Source: Eledone cirrhosa
Taxonomy: Eukaryota
Assembly: GCA_964016885.1 (NCBI GenBank)
Contig: OZ024740.1
Coordinates: 389,794,001-389,858,000 of the forward strand
DNA: 64,000 bases
Direction of reading: 5' to 3'
How positions within the stretch are numbered: position 1 is the stretch's first letter; each line of letters begins with the position of its first letter. Of the stretch, positions 1 through 10,959 are shown piece by piece. Below the pieces are notes generated by a model that saw only the letters and a program-made list of their open reading frames with translations, did no database searches and had not been told where the DNA came from. The position numbers and the translations under genes were made by a program.

Positions 1-693
1 GTCGGAGTCAGAACCTCTATTTATTCATGTTCTGTCGGAGTGAGAACCTCTGTTTATTCATGTTCTGTCGGAGTTAGAACCTCTGTTTATTCATGTTCTT
101 TCGGAGTTAGAACCTCTGTTTATTCATATTCTGTCGGAGTCAGAACCTCTATTTATTCATGTTCTGTCGGAGTAAAAACCTCTATTTATTCATGTTCTGT
201 CGGAGTTAGAACATCTATTTACTCATGTTCTGTCGGAGTTTGAACCTCTATTTATTCATGTTCTTTCGGAGTTAGAACATCTATTTATTCATGTTCTGAT
301 GCAGTTAGAACCTCTATTTATTCATGTTCTTTCGGAGTTAGAACCTCTATTTATTCATGTTCTGTCGGAGTTAGAACCTCTGTTTTTTCTTGTTCTGTCG
401 CAGTTAGAACCTCTATTTATTCATGTTCTGTCGGAGTTGGAACCTCTATTTATTCACGTTCTGTCGGAGTTAGAACCTCTGTTTATTTATGTTCTTTCGA
501 AGTTAGAACCTCTGTTTATTCATATTCTGTCGGTGTCAGAACCTCTACTTATTCATGTTCTGTCGGAGTAAAAACCTCTATTTATTCATGTTCTGTCGCA
601 GTTAGAACATCTATTTATTCATGTCCTGTCAGCGTCAGAACCTCCATTTATTCATGTTCTTTTGGTGTTAGAAGCTCTATTTATTCAATATCT

Positions 694-712
694 GTCGCAG
701 TTAGAACCTCTT
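694..712. repeat. 19-bp truncated monomer GTCG(G/C)AGTTAGAACCTCTT (first example; recurs throughout the array)
   Basis: This is the consensus minus the 14 bp ATTTATTCATGTTC, giving the junction CCTCTTGTCG. It is seen at about 710, 927, 1079, 1197, 1941 and onward to about 63935. Confidence 0.97.
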
Positions 713-1561
713 GTCGGAGTCAGAACCTCTATTTATTCATGTTCTGTCGGATTTAGAACCTCTGTTTATTCATGTTCTGTCGCAGTTAGAACCTCTATTT
801 ATTCATGTTCTGTCGGAGTTAGAACCTCTGTTTATTCATGTTCTATCGGAGTTAGAACCTCTGTTTATTCATGTTCTTTCGGAGTTAGAACCTCTATTTA
901 TTCATGTTCTGTCCGAGTTAGAACCTCTTGTCGGAGTCAGAACCTCTATTTATTCATGTTCTGTCGGAGTGAGAACCTCTATTTATTCATGTTCTGTCGG
1001 AGATAGAACCTCTATTTATTCATGTTCTTTCGGAGTTAGAACCTCTGTTTATTCATGTTCTGTCGGAGTTAGAACCTCTTGTCGGAGTCAGAACCTCTAT
1101 TTATTCATGTTCTTTCGGAGTTAGAACCTCTATTTATTCATGTTCTGTCGCAGTTAGAACCTCTATTTATTCAATATCTGTCGCAGTTAGAACCTCTTGT
1201 CGGAGTCATAACCTCTATTTATTCATGTTCTGTCGGAGTTAGAACATCTATTTATTCATGTTCTGTCGGAGTGAGAACCTCTATTTATTCATGTTCTGTG
1301 GGAGTCAGAACCTCTATTTATTCATGTTCTATCGGAGTTAGAACCTCTATTTATTCATGTTCTATCGGAGTTAGAACCTCTGTTTATTCATGTTCTTTCG
1401 GAGTTAGAACCTCTATTTATTCATGTTATGTCGAAGTTAGAAGCTCTATTTATTCATGTTCTGTCGCAGTTAGAATCTCTATTTATTCATGTTCTGTCGG
1501 AGTTAGAACCTCTATTTATTCATGTTCTGTCGGAGTTAGAACCTCTATTTATTCATGTTCT

Positions 1562-1593
1562 GTCGGAGTTAGAACCTTATTTTTTCACGTTCT
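1562..1593. repeat. 32-bp variant monomer ...AGAACCTTATTTTTTCA(T/C)GTTCT (first example; recurrent)
   Basis: A 1-bp deletion plus an A>T change, seen at about 1575, 3055, 4167, 6260, 7622, 8931, 11470, 13825, 15455, 23725, 30787, 50065, 57867 and 59172, among others. A 31-bp derivative (CCTTGTTTTTCATG) occurs at about 32331, 35135 and 41092. Confidence 0.93.
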
Positions 1594-2554
1594 GTCGGAG
1601 TTAGAACCTCTGTTTATTGATGTACTGTCTGAGTTAGAACCTCTGTTTATTCATGTTCTTTCGGAGTTAGAACCTCTGTTTATTCATGTTCTGTCGCAGT
1701 TAGAACCACTATTTATTCATGTTCTTTCGGAGTTAGAACCTCTATTTATTCATGTTCTGTCGGAGTCAGAACCTCTATTTATTTAGGTTCTGTCGGAGTT
1801 AGAACATCTATTTATTCATGTTCTGTCGGAGTCAGAACCTCTATTTATTTAGGTTCTGTCGGAGTTAGAACCTCTATTTATTCATGTTCTGTCGCAGTTA
1901 GAACCTCTACTTATTCAATATCTGTCGCAGTTAGAACCTCTTGTCGGAGTCAGAACCTCTATTTATTCATGTTCTTTCGGAGTTAGAACATCTATTTATT
2001 CAATATCTGTCGCAGTTAGAACCTCTTGTCGGAGTCAGAACCTCTATTTATTCATGTTCTATCGGAGTTAGAACCTCTGTTTATTCATGTTCTGTCGGAG
2101 TTAGAACCTCTATTTATTCATGTTCTGTCGCAGTTAGAACTTCTATTTATTATTGTTCTGTCGTAGTTAGAACCTCTATACATTCATGTTCTTTCGGAGT
2201 TAGAACCTCTATATATTCATGTTCTGTCGGAGTTAGTACCTCTGTTTATTCATGTTCTGTCGCAATTAGAACATCTATTTATTCATGTTCTGTCGGAGTT
2301 AGAACTTCTATTTATTCGTGTTCTGTCGGAGTTAGAACCTGTATACATTCATGTTCTTTCGGAGTTAGAACCTCTATTTATTCATGTTCTGTCGGAGTTA
2401 GTACCTCTGTTTATTCATGTTCTGTCGCAGTTAGAAACTCTGTTTATTCATGTTCTGTCGGAGTGAGAACCCTACTTATTCATGTTCTGTCGGAGTCAGA
2501 ACCTCTATTTATTTAGGTTCTGTCGGAGTTAGAACCTCTATTTATTCATGTTCT

Positions 2555-2574
2555 GTCGGAGTTTGAACCTCTTT
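2555..2574. repeat. 20-bp truncated monomer (...CCTCTTT), marker of a recurrent cassette
   Basis: The junction CCTCTTTGTCGG is seen at about 2571, 6460, 15621, 17580, 22343, 28011 and 30005. Confidence 0.9.
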
Positions 2575-3209
2575 GTCGGAGTCAGAACCTCTATTTATTC
2601 ATGTTCTGTCGGAGTTAGAACATCTATTTATTCATGTTCTGTCGGAGTTAGAACCTCTGTTTATTCATTTCTTTCGGAGTTAGAACCTCTATTTATTCAT
2701 GTTCTGTCGGAGTTAGAACCTCTTGTCGGAGTCAGAACCTCTATTTATTCATGTTCTATCGGAGTTAGAACATCTATTTATTCATGTTCTGTCGGAGTCA
2801 GAACCTCTATTTATTTAGGTTCTGTCGCAGTTAGAACCTCTATTTATTCAATATCTGTCGCAGTTAGAACCTCTTGTCGGAGTCAGAACCTCTATTTATT
2901 CATGTTCTATCGGAGTTAGAACCTCTGTTTATTCATGTTCTTTCGAAGTTAGAACCTCTCTTTATTCATATTCTGTCGGAGTCAGAACCTCTATTTATGC
3001 ATGTTCTGTCGCAGTGAGAACCTCTATTTATTCATCTTCTGTCGGAGTTAGAACCTTATTTTTTCATGTTCTGTCGGAGTTAGAACCTCTGTTTATTCAT
3101 GTTCTGTTTGAGTTAGAACCTCTGTTTATTCATGTTCTTTCGGAGTTAGAACCTCTGTTTATTCATGTTCTGTCGCAGTTAGAACCACTATTTATTCATG
3201 TTCTGTCGG

Positions 3210-6200
3210 AGTTAGAACCTCTATTTATTCATGTTCTGTCGTAGTTAGAACATCTATTTATTCATGTTCTCTCGGCGTTAGAACATCTATTTATTCATGT
3301 CCTGTCGCAGTTAGAACCTCTGTTTATTCATGTTCTGTCGGAGTCAGAACCTCCATTTATTCATGTTCTGTTGGTGTTAGAACATCTATTTATTCAATAA
3401 CTGTCGCAGTTAGAAGCTCTTGTCGGAGTCAGAACCTCTATTTATTCATGTTCTGTCGGATTTAGAACCTCTATTTATTCATGTTCTGTCGGAGTTAGAA
3501 CCTCTGTTTATTCATGTTCTATCGGAGTTAGAACCTCTGTTTATTCATGTTCTTTCGGAGTTAGAACCTCTATATATTCATGTTCAGTCGGAGTTAGAAC
3601 CTCTTGTCGGAGTCAGAACCTCTATTTATTCAAGTTCTGTCGGAGTGAGAACCTCTATTTATTCATGTTCTGTCGCAGTTAGAACCTCTATTTATTCAAT
3701 ATCTGTCGCAGTTAGAACCTCTTGTCGCAGTCATAACCTCTATTTATTCATGTTCTGTCGGAGTTAGAACATCTATTTATTCATATTCTGTCGGAGTGAG
3801 AACCTCTATTTATTCATGTTCTGTCGGAGTTAGAACCTCTATTTATTCATGTACTGTCGGAGTTAGAACCGCTGCTTATTCATGTTCTGTCGCAGTTAGA
3901 ACCTCTATTTATTCATGTTCTGTCGGAGTTAGAACCTCTATTTATTCATGTTCTATCGGAGTTAGAACCTCTGTTTATTCATGTTCTTTCGGAGTTAGAA
4001 CCTCTATTTATTCATGTTATGTCGAAGTTAGAAGCTCTATTTATTCATGTTCTGTCGCAGTTAGAATCTCTATTTATTCATGTTCTGTCGGAGTTAGAAC
4101 CTCTATTTATTCATGTTCTGTCGCAGTGAGAACCTCTATTTATTCATCTTCTGTCGGAGTTAGAACCTTATTTTTTCATGTTCTGTCGGAGTTAGAACCT
4201 CTGTTTATTCATGTTCTGTCTGAGTTAGAACCTCTGTTTATTCATGTTCTTTCGGAGTTAGAACCTCTGTTTATTCATGTTCTGTCGCAGTTAGAACCAC
4301 TATTTATTCATGTTCTGTCGGAGTTAGAACCTCTATTTATTCATGTTCTGTCGTAGTTAGAACATCTATTTATTCATGTTCTGTCGGAGTCAGAACCTCT
4401 ATTTATTTAGGTTCTGTCGGAGTTAGAACCTCTATTTATTCATGTTCTCTCGGCGTTAGAACCTCTATTTATTCATGTTCTGTCGCAGTTAGAACCTCTT
4501 GTCGGAGTTAGAACCTCTATTTATAAATGTTCTGTCGGAGTTAGAACCTCTGTTTATTCATGTTCTGTCGCAGCTAGAACCTCTATTTATTCATGTTCTG
4601 TCGGTGTTAGAACCTCTATTTATTCATGTTCCGTCGGAGTTAGAACCTCTTGTCGGAGTCAGAACCTCTATTTATTCATGTTCTTTCGGAGTTAGAACCT
4701 CTATTTATTCATGTTCTGTCGTAGTTAGAACCTCTTGTCGGAGTCAGAACCTCTATTTATTCATGTTCTGTCGGAGTTAGAACATCTATTTATTCATGTC
4801 CTGTCGGAGTCAGAACCTCTATTTATTCATGTTCTGTCGGAGTCAGAACCTCTATTTATTCATGTTCTGTCGGAGTTAGAACCGCTATTTATTCATGTTC
4901 TGTCGCAGTTAGAACCTCTATTTATTCCTGTTCTGTCGCAGTTAGAATCTCTATTTATTCATGTTCTGTCGGAGTTAGAACCTCTACTTATTCATGTTCT
5001 GTCGGAGTTAGAACCTCTGTTTATTCATGTTCTTTCGGAGTTAGAACCTCTATTTATTCATGTTCTGTCGGAGTTAGAACCTCTGTTTATTCATGTTCTG
5101 TCTGAGTTAGAACCTCTGTTTATTCATGTTCTTTCGGAGTTAGAACCTCTGTTTATTCATGTTCTGTCGCAGTTAGAACCTCTATTTATTCATGTTCTGT
5201 CGGAGTTAGAACATCTATTTATTCATGTTCTGTCGGAGTCAGAACCTCTATTTATTTAGGTTCTGTCGGAGTTAGAACCTCTATTTATTCATGTTCTGTC
5301 GACGTTAGAACATCTATTTATTCATGTCCTGTCACAGTTAGAACCTCTGTTTATTCATGTTCTGTGGGAGTCAGAACCTCCATTTATTAGTGTTCTTTCG
5401 GTGTTAGAACCTCTATTTATTCAACATCTGTCGCAGTCAGAACCTCTTGTCGGAGTCAGAACCTCTATTTATTCATGTTCTGTCGGAGTTAGAACCTCTG
5501 TTTATTCATGTTCTGTCGCAGTTAGAACCTCTATTTATTCATGTTCTGTCGGAGTTAGAACCTCTATTTATTCATGTTCTGTCGGAGTTAGAATCTCTAT
5601 TTATTCATGTTCTGTCGGAGTTAGAACCTCTATTTATTCATGTTCTGTCAGAGTAAGAACCTCTGTTTATTCATGTTCTGTCGGAGTGAGAACCTCTATT
5701 TATTCATGTTCTGTCGCAGTTAGAATCTCTATTTATTCATGTTCTGTCGGAGTTAGAACCTCTGTTTATTCATGTTCTTTCGGAGTTAGAACATCTATTT
5801 ATTCATGTTCTATCGGAGTCAGAACCTCTATTTATTTAGGTTCTGTCGCAGTCAGAACCTCTATTTATTCAATATCTGTCGCAGTTAGAACCTCTTGTCG
5901 GAGTCAGAACCTCTATTTATTCATGTTCTATCGGAGTTAGAACCTCTGTTTATTCATGTTCTGTCGGAGTTAGAACCTCTATTTATTCATGTTCTGTCGC
6001 AGTTAGAACCTCTTGTCGGAGTTAGAACCTCTATTTATTCATGTTCTGTCGGAGTTACAACTTCTATTTATTCGTGTTCTGTCGGAGTTAGAACCTCTAT
6101 ACATTCATGTTCTTTCGGAGTTAGAACCTCTATTTATTCATGTTCTGTCGGAGTTAGTACCTCTGTTTATTCATGTTCTGTCGCAGTTAGAACCTCTGTT

Positions 6201-8840
6201 TATTCATGTTCTGTCGGAGTGAGAACCTCTATTTATTCATGTTCTGTTGGAGTTAGAACCTTATTTTTTCATGTTCTGTCGGAGTTAGAACCTCTGTTTA
6301 TACATGTTCTTTCGGAGTTAGAACCTCTGTTTATTCATGTTCTGTCGCAGTTAGAACCACTATTTATTCATGTTCTGTCGGAGTCAGAACTTCTATTTAT
6401 ATAGGTTCTGTCGGAGTTAGAACCTCTATTTATTCATGTTCTGTCGGAGTTAGAACCTCTTTGTCGGAGTCAGAACCTCCATTTATTCATGTTCTGTCGG
6501 AGTTAGAACATCTATTTATTCATGTTCTGTCGGAGTTAGAACCTCTGTTTATTCATTTCTTTCGGAGTTAGAACCTCTGTTTATTCATGTTCTATCGGAG
6601 TTAGAACCTCTGTTAATTCATGTTCTTTCGGAGTTAGAACCTCTATTTATTCATGTTCTGTCGGAGTTAGAACCTCTATTTATTCATGTTCTGTCGTAGT
6701 TAGAACATCTATTTATTCATGTTCTCTCGGCGTTAGAACATCTATTTATTCATGTCCTGTCGCAGTTAGAACCTCTGTTTATTCATGTTCTGTCGGAGTC
6801 AGAACCTCCATTTATTCATGTTCTGTTGGTGTTAGAACATCTATTTATTCAATAACTGTCGCAGTTAGAAGCTCTTGTCGGAGTCAGAACCTCTATTTAT
6901 TCATGTTCTGTCGGATTTAGAACCTATATTTATTCATGTTCTGTCGGAGTTAGAACCTCTGTTTATTCATGTTCTATCGGAGTTAGAACCTCTGTTTATT
7001 CATGTTCTTTCGGAGTTAGAACCTCTATATATTCATGTTCAGTCGGAGTTAGAACCTCTTGTCGGAGTCAGAACCTCTATTTATTCATGTTCTGTCGGAG
7101 TGAGAACCTCTATTTATTCATGTTCTGTCGCAGTTAGAACCTCTATTTATTCAATATCTGTCGCAGTTAGAACCTCTTGTCGCAGTCATAACCTCTATTT
7201 ATTCATGTTCTGTCGGAGTTAGAACATCTATTTATTCATATTCTGTCGGAGTGAGAACCTCTATTTATTCATGTTCTGTCGGAGTTAGAACCTCTATTTA
7301 TTCATGTACTGTCGGAGTTAGAACCGCTGCTTATTCATGTTCTGTCGCAGTTAGAACCTCTATTTATTCATGTTCTGTCGGAGTTAGAACCTCTATTTAT
7401 TCATGTTCTATCGGAGTTAGAACCTCTGTTTATTCATGTTCTTTCGGAGTTAGAACCTCTATTTATTCATGTTATGTCGAAGTTAGAAGCTCTATTTATT
7501 CATGTTCTGTCGCAGTTAGAATCTCTATTTATTCATGTTCTGTCGGAGTTAGAACCTCTATTTATTCATGTTCTGTCGCAGTGAGAACCTCTATTTATTC
7601 ATCTTCTGTCGGAGTTAGAACCTTATTTTTTCATGTTCTGTCGGAGTCAGAACCTCTGTTTATTCATGTTCTGTCTGAGTTAGAACCTCTGTTTATTCAT
7701 GTTCTGTCGCAGTTAGAACCACTATTTATTCATGTTCTGTCGGAGTTAGAACCTCTATTTATTCATGTTCTGTCGTAGTTAGAACATCTATTTATTCATG
7801 TTCTGTCGGAGTCAGAACCTTTATTTATTTAGGTTCTGTCGGAGTTAGAACCTCTATTTATTCATGTTCTCTCGGCGTTAGAACCTCTATTTATTCATGT
7901 TCCGTCGGAGTTAGAACCTCTTGTCGGAGTCAGAACCTCTATTTATTCATGTTCTTTCGGAGTTAGAACCTCTATTTATTCATGTTCTGTCGTAGTTAGA
8001 ACCTCTTGTCGGAGTCAGAACCTCTATTTATTCATGTTCTGTCGGAGTTAGAACATCTATTTATTCATGTTCTGTCGGAGTCAGATCCTCTATTTATTCA
8101 TGTTCTGTCGGAGTCAGAAGCTCTATTTATTCATGTTCTGTCGGAGTTAGAACCGCTATTTATTCATGTTCTGTCGCAGTTAGAACCTCTATTTATTCCT
8201 GTTCTGTCGCAGTTAGAATCTCTATTTATTCATGTTCTGTCGGAGTTAGAACCTCTATTTATTCATGTTCTGTCGGAGTTAGAACCTCTGTTTATTCATG
8301 TTCTTTCGGAGTTAGAACCTCTATTTATTCATGTTCTGTCGGAGTTAGAACCTCTATTTATTCATGTTCTGTCGGCGTTAGAACATCTATTTATTCATGT
8401 CCTGTCACAGTTAGAACCTCTGTTTATTCATGTTCTGTGGGAGTCAGAACCTCCATTTATTAGTGTTCTTTCGGTGTTAGAACCTCTATTTATTCAACAT
8501 CTGTCGCAGTCAGAACCTCTTGTCGGAGTCAGAACCTCTATTTATTCATGTTCTGTCGGAGTTAGAACCTCTGTTTATTCATGTTCTGTCGCAGTTAGAA
8601 CCTCTATTTATTCATGTTCTGTCGGAGTTAGAACCTCTATTTATTCATGTTCTGTCGGAGTTAGAATCTCTATTTATTCATGTTCTGTCGGAGTTAGAAC
8701 CTCTATTTATTCATGTTCTGTCAGAGTAAGAACCTCTGTTTATTCATGTTCTGTCGGAGTGAGAACCTCTATTTATTCATGTTCTGTCGCAGTTAGAATC
8801 TCTATTTATTCATGTTCTGTCGGAGTTAGAACCTCTGTTT
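3210..8840. repeat. Imperfect higher-order duplication: about 3210-5770 repeated at about 6660-8840
   Basis: Shared rare markers (GTAGTTAGAACAT then CTCGGCG, CAATAACT, GCAGTCATAACC, CCGCTGCTT, TATTAGTG, CAACATCT). The offset steps from 3455 to 3422, 3271 and 3073 as whole monomers are lost or gained. Confidence 0.85.
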
Positions 8841-10959
8841 ATTCATGTTCTGTCGGAGTGAGAACCTCTGTTTATTCATGTTCTGTCGGAGTGAGAACCT
8901 CTATTTATTCATGTTCTGTCGGAGTTAGAACCTTATTTTTTCATGTTCTGTCGGAGTTAGAACCTCTGTTTAGTCATGTTCTGTCTGAGTTAGAACCTCT
9001 GTTTATTCATGTTCTTTCGGAGTTAGAACCTCTCTTTATTCATGTTCTGTCGCAGTTAGAACCACTATTTATTCATGTTCTGTCGGAGTCAGAACCTCTA
9101 TTTATTTAGGTTCTCTCGGAGTTAGAACCTCTATTTATTCATGTTCTGTCGGAGTTAGAACCTCTTGTCGGAGTCAGAACCTCTATTTATTCATGTTCTT
9201 TCGGTGTTAGAACATCTATTTATTCATGTTCTATCGGAGTCAGAACCTCTATTTTTTAAAGGTTCTGTCGCAGTAAGAACCTCTATTTATTCAATATCTG
9301 TCGCAGTTAGAACCTCTTGTCGGAGTTAGAACCTCTATTTATTCATGTTCTGTCGGAGTTAGAACCTCTATTTATTCATGTTCTTTAGGAGTTAGAACAT
9401 CTATTTATTCATGTTCTGATGCGGTTAGAACCTCTATTTATTCATGTTCTGTCGGAGTTAGAACCTCTTGTCGGAGTCAGAACCTCTATTTATTCATGTT
9501 CTTTCGGAGTTAGAACCTCTCTTTATTCATGTTCTGTCGCAGTTAGAACCTCTATTTATTCATGTTCTGTCGCAGTTAGAACCTCTATTTATTCATGTTC
9601 TGTCCGAGATTGAACCCCTATTTACTAAGGTTCTTTTGGAGTTAGAACCTCTGTTTATTCATGTTCTTTCGTAGTTAGAACCTCTGTTTATTCATGTTCT
9701 GTCGCAGTTAGAAGCTCTATTTATTCATGTTCGGTGGGAGTTAGAACCTCGATTTATTCATGTTCTGTCGGAGTTAGAACCTCTGTTTATTCATGTTCTG
9801 TCGGAGTCAGAACCTCTATTTATTCATGTTCTGTCGGGGTTAGAACCTTTATTTATTCATGTTCTGTCGGAGTTAGTACCTCTATTTATTCATGTTCTAT
9901 CGGAGTTAGAACCTCTGTTTATTCATGTTCTTTTGGAGTTAGAACCTATATTTATTCCTGTTCTGTCGGAGTTAGAACCTCTATTTATTCATGTTCTGTC
10001 GCAGTTAGAACCTCTATTTATTCATGTTCTCTCGCAGTTATAACCTCTATTTATTCATGTTCTGTCGGAGTTAGAACCTCTATTTATTCATGTTCTAACG
10101 GAGTTAGAACCTCTGTTTATTCATGTTCTTTCGGAGTTAGAACCTCTATTTATTCATGTTCTGTCGGAGTTAGAACCGCTATTTATTCATGTTTTGTCGC
10201 AGTTAGAACCTCTATTTATTCCTGTTCTGTCGCCGTTAGAATCTCTATTTATTCATGTTCTGTCGCAGTTAGAACCTCTTGTCGGAGTCAGAACCTCTAT
10301 TTATTCATGTTCTGTCGGAGTTAGAACATCTATTTATTCATGTTCTGTCGGAGTCAGAACCTCTATTTATTCATGTTCTGTCGGAGTCAGAACCTCTATT
10401 TATTCATGTTCTGTCGGAGTTAGAACCGCTGTTTATTCATGTTCTGTCGCAGTTAGAACCTCTATTTATTCATGTTCTGGCGGAGTTAGAACCTCTATTT
10501 ATTCATGTTCTATCGGAGTTTGAACCTCTGTTTATTCATGTTCTTTCGGAGTTAGAACCTCTATTTATTCATGTTCTGTCGCAGTTAGAACCTCTATTTA
10601 TTCCTGTTCTGTCGCAGTTAGAATCTCTATTTATTCATGTTCTGTCGGAGTTAGAACCTTTATTTATTCATGTTCTGTCGGAGTTAGAACCTCTGTTTAT
10701 TCATGTTCTTTCGGAGTTAGAACCTCTATTTATTCATGTTCTGTCGGAGTTAGAACCTCTGTTTATTCATGTTCTGTCTGAGTTAAAACCTCTGTTTATT
10801 CATGTTCTTTCGGATTTAGAACCTCTGTCTATTCATGTTCTGTCGCAGTTAGAACCTCTATTTATTCATGTTCTGTCGGAGTTAGAACATCTATTTATTC
10901 ATGTTCTGTCGGAGTCAGAACCTCTATTTATTTAGGTTCTGTCGGAGTTAGAACCTCTA

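Noticed and set aside
208-231. Full steroid response element (AGAACAnnnTGTTCT) or heat-shock element
   Set aside because: The AGAACA and TGTTCT half-sites are 12 bp apart rather than 3, and the GAA/TTC triplets are not in the 5-bp nGAAn register.
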